A stretch of 64,000 nt of DNA from Macrostomum lignano (lineage: Eukaryota), in the NCBI GenBank assembly GCA_002269645.1, contig NIVC01002241.1, positions 1 through 64,000 on the forward strand. The letters are read 5' to 3'. This document shows positions 53,501 to 64,000 of the stretch, piece by piece. Position numbers and translations under genes: made by a program. The notes under the pieces were generated by a model. The model was given only the letters and a program-made list of their open reading frames with translations. It was not told where the DNA came from and did no database searches. The stretch's first letter is position 1. Every line of letters begins with the position of its first letter.

Positions 53501-53529
53501 CCGTATAGGAATGCTTTGATGTCGGACAT
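36664..53529 (-). CDS. DHX9: ATP-dependent RNA helicase A (DHX9/maleless), about 1323 aa
   Basis: Exons 53529-53416, 50576-50235, 49719-49577, 48188-47778, 47704-47563, 47328-46608, 46316-46169, 45890-45223, 39873-39407 and 37479-36664, all phase-consistent. Motifs include two dsRBDs ([30 protein letters not shown]), [27 protein letters not shown]2/OB-fold segments and a Gly/Arg-rich tail. Confidence 0.96.
37590..39250. repeat. Minisatellite, 16-17 bp (GGGAAGATAGTGAATA)
   Basis: Fills the last DHX9 intron. Confidence 0.96.
40690..42870 (+). pseudogene. Decayed non-LTR reverse transcriptase fragment in a DHX9 intron, split by an insertion
   Basis: The left part (about 40690-40957) reads YADDLTV..SRKLQI..INGTQLP..PKIL. 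The right part (from 42548) continues GVNFDHKLS and later [11 protein letters not shown], with stops. Confidence 0.75.
40958..42547. mobile_element. Non-autonomous CACTA/EnSpm-like DNA element
   Basis: CACTGT...ACAGTG termini with a TG dinucleotide duplicated on both flanks and clustered GGTCCG/CGGACC(T) subterminal motifs near both ends. Removing it restores the RT frame. Confidence 0.7.
42880..43690. repeat. Minisatellite, about 59 bp (AAGTGCCACGAAGTCAGTGCAGTGCAAGAGCCGAAAATTACAGTGGCAGTCTGGTCTGT)
   Basis: About 14 tandem units. Confidence 0.95.
44670..45160. repeat. Minisatellite, 31 bp (GAGGATCTGGGAGGGTGGCAGCCCAGCAACT)
   Basis: Same core as 60600-61300. Confidence 0.93.
46005..46157. repeat. 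(TAG)n microsatellite
   Basis: In DHX9 intron 45891-46168. Confidence 0.98.
46303..46605 (-). mobile_element. 273-bp retroposed insertion (46318-46590) with a 15-bp target-site duplication inside the DHX9 coding sequence
   Basis: Identical GCCGACGCCGCCGCC at 46303-46317 and 46591-46605. The minus-strand 3' end is a CAAGA-type repeat tail (..CACAAGACAAGAGACAAGACAA). There are stops in the DHX9 frame. Confidence 0.88.
47357..47553. repeat. (GACA)n microsatellite
   Basis: In DHX9 intron 47329-47562. Confidence 0.98.
48230..49145. repeat. Highly homogeneous minisatellite, 30 bp (GGGAATTGCTCAGATGGTCAGTGACTCAAT)
   Basis: About 30 units in a DHX9 intron. Confidence 0.98.
50610..53300. repeat. Minisatellite, 22-24 bp (GTCTTAGTGTCTGTCTGACTGT), about 2.7 kb
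   Basis: Fills the first DHX9 coding intron. Confidence 0.97.
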
Positions 53530-53659
53530 GAGGCTGCAATTGCCGCACAATTGGATCGGATTGGAGGCTAGGCTTGAATCTGTTATAAGTCTGTAACTTC
53601 CCAGTCTCCAGTCTAACTGCCTATCTATCTACACAACTATCCATATACATTACCATGGT

Positions 53660-54130
53660 CTCTACCCACCCACCCATCCATCCATCTATCTACCAACCCA
53701 TCTATCTACCCACCCATCTACTCGTATCTACCAACCATCTATCTACCAACTTATCTGTCTACGAACCCATCTATCTACCAACCCATCTATTTACCAACCC
53801 ATCTATCTACCAACCCATCTATCTACCAACCCATCTACTTGTATCTACCAACCCATCTATTTACCCACCCATCTAGCTACCAATCCATCTATCTACCAAC
53901 CCATCTATTTACCAATCCATCTATCTACCAACCCATCTATCTGCCAACCCATCTACTCGTATCTACCAACCCATCTATCTACGAACCCATCTATCTACCA
54001 ACCCATCTATCTACCAACTTATCTATCTACTAACCCATCTATCTACCAACCCATCTATCTACCAATCCACCTATCTACAAACTATCTGTCTACCAACTCA
54101 CCCACCGCACCCACCTATCTATTTTTCTAC
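53660..54130. repeat. TCTA/CCAA degenerate microsatellite
   Basis: Directly visible. Confidence 0.9.
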
Positions 54131-54649
54131 CTACCTGTCTTTTTTCTTAAACTATCAGTCTTTAGAGGGGAGCCACTTTATAAAGAAAGCCGAATTTGAA
54201 GAAAAATAAGTTATTACGCTCTCTAAATGTTAAAAAGTGAGTGGGACCCTGCTCTAATAGTCTACATTCGTGCCCAGGTCGAAGGAGTAAAGCTACAAAA
54301 ATTTAGTCAGACTCAATAACAGAGATATTCTTAATTAGAAAGAAAAAATATTAACTATCTGCCATCGTTTTTTATTTATTAGATTGTCGCTAAGCATATC
54401 AGAAAACTGACTCAAGTAAAAAAGAATCAGTAAAACAAAAAATTTTAATCATCGCAAAATGCTACGAGAAATTGGTAATAGCGATTAAGGGAAGAATCAC
54501 AATAGAAAAAAAGTTTGTAGAGAAAAACATTTTTTACAAATTTGAATCATTTCTGGTGCATTATAGCACCATTGTAATATTACAATTAAATCTTACTTAA
54601 GGGTTAAGTGCCCTTATACGAACAAGTGCCAATAAGTGCCCTTGGATAA

Positions 54650-55415
54650 ACCGACTATTTGTGACCTCAGATGAGCCAACAGGTATCAGTGACCTTATAT
54701 GAACCTACAACTATCGGTGACCTTAGATGAACCCACAACTATAAGTGACCTTAGATGAAGCCACAACTATCGGTGACCTCAGATGAAGCCACAACTATCG
54801 GTGACCTCAGATGAAGCCACAACTATCGGTGACCTCAGATGAAGCCACAACTATCGGTGACCTCAGATGAACCTACAACTATCGGTGACCTTAGATGAAC
54901 CCACAACTATAAGTGACCTTAGATGAAGCCACAACTATCGGTGACCTCAGATGAAGCCACAACTATCAGTGACCTCAGATGAAGCCACAACTATCGGTGA
55001 CCTCAGATGAAGCCACAACTATCAGTGACCTCAGATGAAGCCACAACTATCGGTGACCTCAGATGAAGCCACAACTATCGGTGACCTCAGATGAAGCCAC
55101 AACTATCGGTGACCTCAGATGAAGCCACAACTATCGGTGACCTCAGATGAAGCCACAGCTATCGGTGACCTCAGATGAACCTACAACTATCGGTGACCTC
55201 AGATGAAGCCACAACTATCGGTGACCTCAGATGAACCTACAACTATCGGTGACCTCAGATGAAGCCACAACTATCGGTGACCTCAGATGAAGCCACAACT
55301 ATCGGTGACCTCAGATGAAGCCACAACTATCGGTGACCTCAGATGAAGCCACAACTATCGGTGACCTCAGATGAAGCCACAACTATCGGTGACCTCAGAT
55401 GAAGCCACAACTATA
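54650..55415. repeat. Minisatellite, 28 bp (GACCTCAGATGAAGCCACAACTATCGGT)
   Basis: Visible tandem array. Confidence 0.96.
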
Positions 55416-55428
55416 AGCACGCGGGCAG

Positions 55429-55960
55429 TCAAAGCCCAGCCAGAGCGGCATAGCAGTTAAAAATGAGCAGCAACACATTAGGCACAAACAGTCGGGCAAA
55501 CTGCACCAGAGGCAGCCGACCGGGAGCCAGCCAGCCAGTCAGCAGGCAGAGCAAGCGGCACAGGCAGTAATAGATGGAGAACAACGGCAGCAGGGGCAGC
55601 AGCAGGCGAGGAGCAGCCGCGGCGCCGGCCAGCATGTTGATCAGCGTCAGCAGACTGTGCACCAGCGACTCAGTGGCGAAGGTGTCCCAAGAACTGGCAG
55701 GCTGCGGGACGCCGCGGGCAGCACAGCCGCCATCAGAGCCGGCGGCGCCAGCCAAGTGGCGGCCACACTCAGACCAGCGGCTCTACTGACGTCATCGCCA
55801 CTACTAATAGCACTACTAACAGTAGCTGGCAGCAGCCAGGGCGCAGTGATTGGCGGCAGAAATCTGAACACAAAAACGTTGAGCAACACAGTCAAGAGAA
55901 GATTTAGCGGGCCAACAAAACGACCGCCTTTGGCTTCGATCTGCTTTGGTTTTTCCTGAA
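55429..55960 (-). CDS. Putative exon of an unidentified multi-pass membrane protein
   Basis: GC-rich island with a Leu-rich hydrophobic frame (..ESLVHSLLTLINMLAG..LLLPLLPLFSIYYCLCRLLCLLTGW..LFVPNVLLLIFNCYAALAGL*). It probably needs one frameshift near 55690 to join the upstream hydrophobic frame. Confidence 0.3.
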
Positions 55961-56122
55961 ATTTTGTTTGTTTGTTAAATAGAAATTTTAAACTAATAAT
56001 TCAATAATGGACTGTGCTCGCTAGATCAGCTATAAAAGCATCAAAGCACTTGATTTCTAAGAATATTTAAAGGCCTATTCATGTTTCACTGTTCCAGCCT
56101 TCCTATTGTATTTTTATATGTA

Positions 56123-56470
56123 GAATTCCCAAGGACTACTCAAGTAGGATAAGAAACTACGTTTCTTGGGAAATTTTAGAAAGCAGGTTTTTTTTCGAAA
56201 AAAAACACTACGGAGATATCTCATCTGTAACTTTCTAATTGTCTTAATTTTCTAAACGAAAGACTATAAATATCAATAGAGCTATAAGACAGACCAAAAT
56301 ATCAAAAGATGAACATTGGGTCTGCCTCCCATCGAAAGTAATAAACTTTTTAAGCTCAAAAGTGATAACTTCCTATCTCCGTAGTGTATTTTTTTCTGAA
56401 ATACCTGCCATCTAAAAATTTCCAAACTTCCCATCTTTCTACTTAAGTAAGTAGTAGACCTTGAGAATTC
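56123..56470. mobile_element. MITE-like fold-back element
   Basis: Degenerate inverted arms of about 95 bp (56123-56217 and 56375-56470), both bounded by GAATTC. The core ACACTACGGAGAT is a perfect 13-bp match. Confidence 0.6.
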
Positions 56471-57184
56471 CACGAGCCAAAAAGAACTTCTATTGTACAG
56501 CTCTATTTTATTGGCTATATCAGAACTACTAACTCTTAAAATCTACATAAAATGAACATAAGATTCGGCATAATCATTTTTGGACTGAAAATGTCCAAAA
56601 TTATTAACTTGGGATTTTTTATTTGTCCTGCACTGAGCCGCCTCAGCAATAGAATTAAATATTCGCTTCCAGTCGGCGTTTTATCGGTAATAATAATATT
56701 ATTGTTATTACAAACATATAGTATTACTATAGCAGCAGTGAACATAGCATACACTGCGAATTACAACACGACTGTGGCCAAGTACAAAAATTTATAAACG
56801 AAAAGAAAACAAAAATATGTGTAACTTTTATGTTTTTGAAGATTTTTTGGCAATTTACGAACAGACAGGTAAACGCAGCGGTGCTGGATAGTGATTATGC
56901 TTTTTTATAATTTTTATTCCTTTTTTATAATTCATCCACAAGCAGGTTAGGGGTGGAACAAATGAGACAGATAATGCTTCATATTTATAATTAAAGAAAT
57001 GCTGTGAAACACGCAACAGTAACGCAATTAAGCAAGATAATTAATACATAATTTAATCCTATTAGCCTGTTTGATTTTTTAGTTAATTTTAACTGTATAC
57101 AGCAAGGACTGATCCAGCGATATTTGGAAGAGAATAATTGCTTTCGCTTTACTTTCCGACTCTTTTTTGCACTTCTTTGGGATG

Positions 57185-57720
57185 GTACAGTTGCTATGGA
57201 AACGGTATGGTACAGTTGCTATGGAAACGGTACAGATGCTAAGGGTATGGTACAGTTGCTAAGGGAATGGTACAGTTGCTAAGGTAATGGTATAGTTGCT
57301 AAGGGAATGGTACTGTTGCTAAGGGAATGGTACAGTTGCTAAGGTAATGGTATAGTTGCTAAGGGAATGGTACTGTTGCTAAGGGAATGGTACAGTTGCT
57401 AAGGTAATGGTATAGTTGCTAAGGGAATGGTACAGTTGCTAAGGTAATGGTATAGTTGCTAAGGGAATGGTACAGTTGCTAAGGGAATGGTACAGTTGCT
57501 AAGGTAATGGTATAGTTGCTAAGGGAATGGTACAGTTGCTAAGGGATGGTACAGTTGCTAAGGGAATGGTATAGTTGCTAAGGGAATGGTACAGTTGCTA
57601 AGGGAATGGTACTGTTGCTAAGGGAATGGTGCAGTTTCTAAGGGAATGGTACAGTTGCTAAGGGAATGGTACAGTTGCTAAGGGAATGTTACAGTTGCTA
57701 AGGGATGGTACAGTTGCTAA
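57185..57720. repeat. Minisatellite, 20 bp (TGGTACAGTTGCTAAGGGAA)
   Basis: Visible tandem array. Confidence 0.96.
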
Positions 57721-58299
57721 GGCAATGCTGCCAAGGGAGCGATTTACTGTGAATATTTTCAAATTCCTTGGAGACTTAAGAGTAAGTATGGTGATGATAG
57801 TCTATATGATCTGTGCAGTTTGTATTGTTTGTACTGAGACATAATCACACTGGTAGTTTATAATTTTACAGCGGCTCAGACGTTATCCAGTAGGTCAATT
57901 AATAGCAGTTTCCTGTAATTCTACATAAATAATAAATTAACACGTACTGAATAAGACAAGTCAACACAGAGAGAAAACACAAGCAGAATATATAAAAAAG
58001 CACACAGACAGTAGCTACCAATTTCACGGTACATGAACTCGCATGTACGAGTAATTATAAATCTTTCTAAACTAGTCTAGCTAATGCCACAGATACTACT
58101 CGTATATTAACTGGATATGTCAGTCGGAAAGTAAAAGTGTTGTGAAAAAGTACATCGTCTACACTTTTTCCAGTAGTTTTTCTGCGCAGAGTCACTTAAA
58201 TTTATTGTGGCAGTTAAAATTTCATTTCCTTTTTCGGGGTTGGCTGAGGTTTGCGGCCTCTAAGGTTAAGAATAAATCACGTAAGATAGACAAAACTCA

Positions 58300-58840
58300 G
58301 TTTAGGGACAGGCCAATTTCAACTCAGCCAATGAGAGAGCAGTTAGGAGAGAGAGATTATAGTTAGACAAACAAAACGTCCTAGTGGGGGGCAGGCCCAA
58401 TTCCAGCTCAGCCAATGAGAGAGCAGTAATGAGAGAGGTCAAATTCTGACAAACAAAACAGCCTAGCGGGGGGCAGGCCTAATTCCAGCTCAGCCAATGA
58501 GAGAGCAGTAAGGAGAGAGGTCAAAGTTAGACGAACAAAACAGCCTAGCGGGGGGCAGGCCTAATTCCAGCTCAGCCAATGAGAGAGCAGTAAGGAGAGA
58601 GGTCAAAGTTAGACGAACAAAACAGCCTAGCGGGGGGCAGGCCTAATTCCAGCTCAGCCAATGAGAGAGCAGTAAGGAGAGAGGTCAAAGTTAGACGAAC
58701 AAAACAGCCTAGCGGGGGGCAGGCCTAATTCCAGCTCAGCCAATGAGAGAGCAGTAAGGAGAGAGGTCAAAGTTGGACGAACAAAACAGCCTAGCGGGGG
58801 GCAGGCCTAATTCCAGCTCAGCCAATGAGAGAAGTTCAAA
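58300..58840. repeat. 82-bp tandem repeat, about 6.5 copies
   Basis: CCAGCTCAGCCAAT recurs at 58403, 58485, 58567, 58649, 58731 and 58813. Confidence 0.96.
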
Positions 58841-59286
58841 GGAGAGGACCTAAGGAGAGGGTCAAAGTCTGACAGTCCACTGATTGGGCTCGGGGATGGG
58901 GTGTCCCTCTTTTCTCTTGCTCGCGATGCACACGCACTAGATTTGGTTTTTCAAGTTCTCCAACAGACTTCAAGCTCAAATTGGTTTCTTTTAAAATAAT
59001 TTTGAGCCTGGGGGCAGTCTGGAGTCAGAAAAACAGGATGAAGATGCTTAATTTATGAGTCTGCTTGTTATTGCAGCTACCAAAAGTTTCCGACAAATTC
59101 AATAGATTATTTTACTAATAAAAACGCAAAAAACTCATTTTTGCGATTGACAAATCTAGCTATTCGAGCATCTGTGGCTAATTCTAAATCAAAGCCAAAG
59201 AACGACCCAGCGAAGAGAAATTATAAGAAAACAAAACGTCAGATATTAAGCAACCACCCCAGTTAATTGGCTACTATATAAACTTG

Positions 59287-62200
59287 CTACTTAGTAAAGT
59301 AGTGAGGCAGGCTCGGTTTGTGCTTTTTAGACTGATTGGCATCGCCAGCTGACGAAGAGAAATCGCCGGGCACGGCGTGGTGCGGTCGCTTCGAACCGGA
59401 GAGGCTGGGCGGCACGACGGCTGATCCGGAGGCCGACGAGGATGCTGAGCCGGACAGACCCGGACGCGAATGATGATGATGATGCTGATGCTGCTGTTGA
59501 CGATAATGATGATTCGGATGCTGGCCAGAATGATGCGGATGCTGGCCAGAATGATGCGAATGATGCTGATGATTATTGTGATGCTGCTGTTGCTGCTGTG
59601 ATTGCTGCTGCTGTTGCCTGTGTAAAAATTGGATTAAATTGTTTGTCACATATAGTAAATAGGGCTTAAAGGGGGCTTGATGAGATGCTAATGCTCAAGG
59701 AGGGTTGATGAGATGCCAATGCTCAAAGGGGGTTGATGAGATGCCAATGCTCAAAGGGGGTTGATGAGATGCCAATGCTCAAAGGGGGTTGATGAGATGC
59801 CAATGCTCAAGGGGGATTGATGAGATGCCAATACTCAAGGGGGTTGATGAGATGCCAATGCTCAAGGGGGAGGGGTTGATGAGATGCCAATGGTCAGGGG
59901 GGTTGATGAGATGCCAATGCTCAAGGGGGGTTGATGAGATGCCAATGCTCAAAGGGGTTGATGAGATGCCAATGCTCAGGGGGGGGGGTTGATGAGATGC
60001 CAATGCTCAGGGGGGGGGGGGGTTGATGAGATGCCAATGCTCAAGGCAAGAGCCAAACGTATGAGTCAATTTATTGCACTCACCTGTGATGCTGCGACCA
60101 AGGAAGCTGCTGTCGCTGGTGCTGCTGCTGCTGATGGTGATGATAAGCCGGGCCGGAAGGCTTGCCGGCGCCAGCCGACTGCGCCGCTGCTGCCGCGTCG
60201 TTTTGACGCCGCTTCTTGTACTCGTCAATCGTTAGGGCCGCTGCTGGCCGGCTGTGCTGCGTGACAGCTGCTGCTGCTGCTGCTGCTGCTCCTGTCGCAG
60301 CTGATGAAGAGTCGCCAGATGCTGACGGGGCCGAACTGGCATCTGTTGAAGCTGATGCGCTGGCCGCGGCTGCGGCGGCGGCGGCTTTGGCAGCTTTCGC
60401 AGCGGCTTCGCGATCCTGTTGACGCTTAGCAATCTGCTGCTGCTGCAGCTGCATGAGCTGGCTTGGGGTGGGAGCCGCCTGCGGGTTGGTTAAGCCGCGG
60501 TTATCAGATGTTTCTGTTGAAACTCCTCTAAGAGTGCTCTAGCCAGTGCTCCAGTGCTCTAACCCAGTGCTCAAACAAGTTAAACAGAATTCACCTGGAT
60601 CTGGAAGGGTGGCTGCGAACAGCTTGAGGATCTGGGAGGGTGGATACTCAGTCTGAGGATCTGGGAGGGTGGCAATCCAGTCTGAGGATCCGTGAGGGTG
60701 GCAATGGCAACCCAGTCTGAGGATCTGGGAGGGTGGCAACCCAGTCTGAGGATCTGGGAGGGTGGCAATCCAGTCTGAGGATCTGGGAGGCAATCCAGTC
60801 TGAGGATCTGGGAGGGTGGCAATCCAGTCTGAGGATCCGGGAGGGTGGCAATCCAGTCTGAGGATCTGGGAGGGTGGCAATCCAGTCTGAGGATCCGGGA
60901 GGGTGGCAATTCAGTCTGAGGATCTGGGAGGGTGGCAATCCAGTCTGAGGATCTGGGAGGGTGGATACTCAACCTGAGGATCTGGGAGGGCGGATACTCA
61001 ACCTGAGGATCTGGGAGGGTGGCAATCCAGTCTGAGGATCCGGGAGGGTGGCAATTCAGTCTGAGGATCTGGGAGGGTGGCAATCCAGTCTGAGGATCTG
61101 GGAGGGTGGATACTCAGCCTAAGGATCTGGGAGGGCGGATACTCAACCTGAGGATCTGGGAGGGTGGCAATCCAGTCTGAGGATCTGGGAGGGTGGATAC
61201 TCAGCCTGAGGATCTGGGAGGGCGGATACTCAACCTGAGGATCTGGGAGGGTGGCAATCCAGTCTGAGGATCTGGGAGGGTGGCAACCCAGCCTGAGTAT
61301 GATCTGGTAAAATACGGCTCGTAGCTATGCTTCTTAACTTTAGCTGATTAATCACGTGGATCCAGTAAAATTAATTGTAAGTCCCTCTGCGAACTGCAAG
61401 TTCCACTTTGTCTGACTGGAAATGTCAAGCAGCTATTGATGGGACTGATCGATCATGTAAGCAAGCTCTAGTTAAGCATTGAGAATTTGGCGCACTTTTT
61501 ATTTTGCTTGTGAGCTGCCAAATTCCTCAGTTATATTTTGCTTTAGCTTGCTAGTGGACATTACCGTTTAAAACGTTTCGTCGCTTTAAAATAGAATCGA
61601 ATATTCGACTCTACTCGCACATTACCCCTCCTGTTCACCCTACCACCCCTCCTGTTCACCCTACCACCCCTCCTGTTCACCCTACCACCCCTCCTGTTCA
61701 CCCTACCGACCCTCCTGTTCACCCTAGCACCCTCCTGTTCACCCTACCGACCCTCCTGTTCACCCTAGCACCCTCCTGTTCACCCTACCACCCCTCCTGT
61801 TTACCCTACCACCCCTCCTGTTTACCCTACCACCCCTCCTGTTCACCCTACCACCCCTCCTGTTCACCCTACCACCTCCTGTTCACCCTACCACCTCCTG
61901 TTCACCCTACCACCCCTCCTGTTCACCCTACCACCCCTCCTGTTCACCCTACCACCCCTCCTGTTCACCCTACCGACCCTCCTGTTCACCCTACCGACCC
62001 TCCTGTTCACCCTACCACCCTCCTGTTCACTTTATCACCCCTCGTGTTCACCCTACCACCCCTTCTGTTCACTCTATCACCCCTCCTTTTCACCCTACCA
62101 CCCTCCTGTTCACCATACCCCTGCCATCTACCCTACTTCTGTTCACACCACCCTATAATCACATTATACTCTAAACACTACCCCTAAACACGCTACACCA

Positions 62201-63106
62201 TTAACACACACTACCAATTATTACAGTACAAACTTACTGCTTACACCATTTTTGCACCCAACAGCCGCAAAGCAAATAGCTCACCTTAGTAAGAAGCTTA
62301 ACCGTCTTCTTCTCCTCCGGCGGCACTTTAGTGAGCTCGGCGATGCACTCGTCTACGGCAGCTTTGAGCAGTTCGGGCGTCATGCTGGGATCGAAGTAAT
62401 TAAACCAATACTTGCCGTCAGTCTCAGTGACGGATGGCAGATCAGTGTTGCTCCAAGAGGCGGCCATCTGAACGCAGGCGGCTGCCAGAGTCTCCGGTCG
62501 GAGTCTGAGCACCATCATGGTGAGGTGCAGCAGATTGGTACAGTTATAATAGGCCGTCTGGATCAAGGGTCTGGGCAGATTCAAAGCGCGACAGCCCCGA
62601 CTAAGCATATTGTGCGGATGCGTGATGGTCAGGTTGAAGCCGAGACAGGGCAGGATAAGGCTCTCCAGCAGCACGATCTCTTCGCCGACTTGCGACATCT
62701 CCTCGTCGCTCACCTGCAAATTAATGGAAAAAATAACCGTTTCTAAAGTTATTTTTCGATACATATCGGCTTATTAATTTTGGTGGCCGCGCACTTAGCA
62801 AACTGATAATAAAAGTAGAAACCAGAAACAAAGACAAAGACCTCAGTAACTCATTTCAGTTACTGAACTCGCGCGAGTTCGAATCTCATTTTATATATTT
62901 TCCTCACCTGTTTGATATCGGCCACCTGTCGCTCGTGTCGAAAGTACTGCTGCACAACGTAGGCCAGCCGACGCGGGCAATCCTCCATTTTAGCAGCCAA
63001 AAAGAAACAGGCGGCGGCCACTTTGCCCAGTGGCAGCTTGTGCGATGGCCAATAGATTAACAGGCGGTGCATCATAATGATCGCGGCGTTCATCACCACC
63101 TGGGCG
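59287..63106 (-). CDS. CycT: Cyclin T (P-TEFb subunit); first coding exon lies beyond the window
   Basis: Exons 63106-62908, 62713-62285, 60478-60084 and 59617-59287 are in frame. Motifs include AIIMMHR, FLAAKMED, LESLILPCLGFNLTITHPH, DGKYWFNY, LTIDEYKKRR and a His/Gln-rich C-terminus. Confidence 0.88.
59675..60045. repeat. Minisatellite, about 28 bp (TTGATGAGATGCCAATGCTCAAAGGGGG)
   Basis: Fills the last cyclin T intron. Confidence 0.95.
60600..61300. repeat. Minisatellite, 29 bp (GAGGATCTGGGAGGGTGGCAATCCAGTCT)
   Basis: In a cyclin T intron. Confidence 0.95.
61620..62150. repeat. Minisatellite, 21 bp (ACCACCCCTCCTGTTCACCCT)
   Basis: In a cyclin T intron. Confidence 0.95.
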
Positions 63107-63656
63107 CTTGAGGTGCGAATAATGGGGTAGTTATATGTAATAAATTACTCTTTACACTGTGTCTTATCCTTAAAAGAATAAATTAATAAAGTCCTAAGAT
63201 AGGCCTAAATATTTAAATATAATGAACTTTTGAGCAGGGTTGGTATTGAACAATTAACATACATCTTGTAAATCCAATGTAAATGTGTGATCTTGTCTCA
63301 GTGCCAAAACAGATTATTCCAGTATGGATTCAATTAAATCTAAGTTTCCTTTTTCCTATAACTCATAGTTATTAGATAGGCCACTTGGCAAATCTGAAGG
63401 TGAGCTACTTTTATTTCAGTAGTAAGTTAAAATTCAAACCCATGTTGCTACATTAGCAGTTCAGTCTGTTTATGTCTAGGCTAGCTCTCATTGTTTCAAT
63501 AACATCAATTATAGCACTTATATAATTCAAAACTCAAATCAAGTCAGTTGGAGTAAAATTCACATGAAGCAGTTATGGCATAATCAATTTTTCAAGCAGA
63601 AAGCATGAGTCTCAAAATTAATATGGTTATGCAATCTAAATCAAGTCTCATGCTTG

Positions 63657-63814
63657 GGCACAACCTTGGGATTCCCTCGGCTGTTTCTATTGGCAACACA
63701 CACATGTAAGTCGCTATTGGATGGAATAGTAGTCACGTGACTGCTCTCAGCCAATAGCGACTTACATGTGTGTGTTGCCAATAGAAATGGCCGGGTGATT
63801 CCCAAAGTTGCGCA
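63657..63814. repeat. Near-perfect palindrome of about 155 bp
   Basis: Perfect 37-bp inverted repeat (63684-63720 and 63751-63787), imperfect outer arms and a central AGTCACGTGACT. Confidence 0.92.
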
Positions 63815-64000
63815 TGTATGTCAAGTCTTATACTATGCTTCCATACTGCTTTTTTCAACAATGTGACACAACTCAAGTCAGAGTCACAATTCAGTTGTGA
63901 TGCAATCTTTATTAGAATCAGAACTCAGTCATTCTTTTCTAGCATTCTTACAGTGCATTTCAAGTTGAAAAGTCTGTTTGACCTTTGCAAAAAGCTTGTT

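Noticed and set aside
54650-58840. Regular arrays that could be mistaken for CRISPR (28, 20 and 82 bp; also 59 bp at 42880)
   Set aside because: Units are head-to-tail with no unique spacers, there are no cas genes, and the context is eukaryotic.
60066-60078. TCAATTTATTGCA, matching my recollection of the 3' part of the Macrostomum spliced leader
   Set aside because: Only 13 AT-rich nt, recalled from memory, with no flanking SL RNA donor or Sm site. Probably chance.

Overview
Eukaryotic (metazoan) genomic DNA with GC-rich exons and introns almost all filled by mini- or microsatellites. This architecture suggests a free-living flatworm such as Macrostomum; that is inference only. I reconstructed by hand five spliced genes: the 3' part of an ankyrin-like gene (+, 4.5-12.7 kb), a pannexin-like large-pore channel (+, 17.0-20.0 kb), a Src42A/FRK-type tyrosine kinase (-, 27.3-30.0 kb), DHX9/RNA helicase A (-, 36.7-53.5 kb) and cyclin T (-, 59.3 kb onward, first exon outside the window). 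Mobile DNA includes a 5'-truncated non-LTR retrotransposon (APE-RT-RNase H, LOA/R1/I-group type), a tRNA-derived CORE-like SINE, a decayed LINE RT split by a CACTG-ended element, fold-back elements and about 35 tandem arrays. The most striking observations are: (1) a 273-bp structured insertion with a 15-bp target-site duplication inside a DHX9 coding exon that can be spliced out in frame as a new GT-AG intron; (2) a channel gene that looks more like chordate pannexin than innexin, with two exons bracketed by oppositely oriented copies of one minisatellite; (3) an intron built of tandem GT...CAG units; (4) a Src-family kinase with no C-terminal inhibitory tyrosine. Several frameshifts are single-base losses in homopolymers and are probably long-read errors. 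Protein-family assignments rest on remembered motifs, not on database searches.
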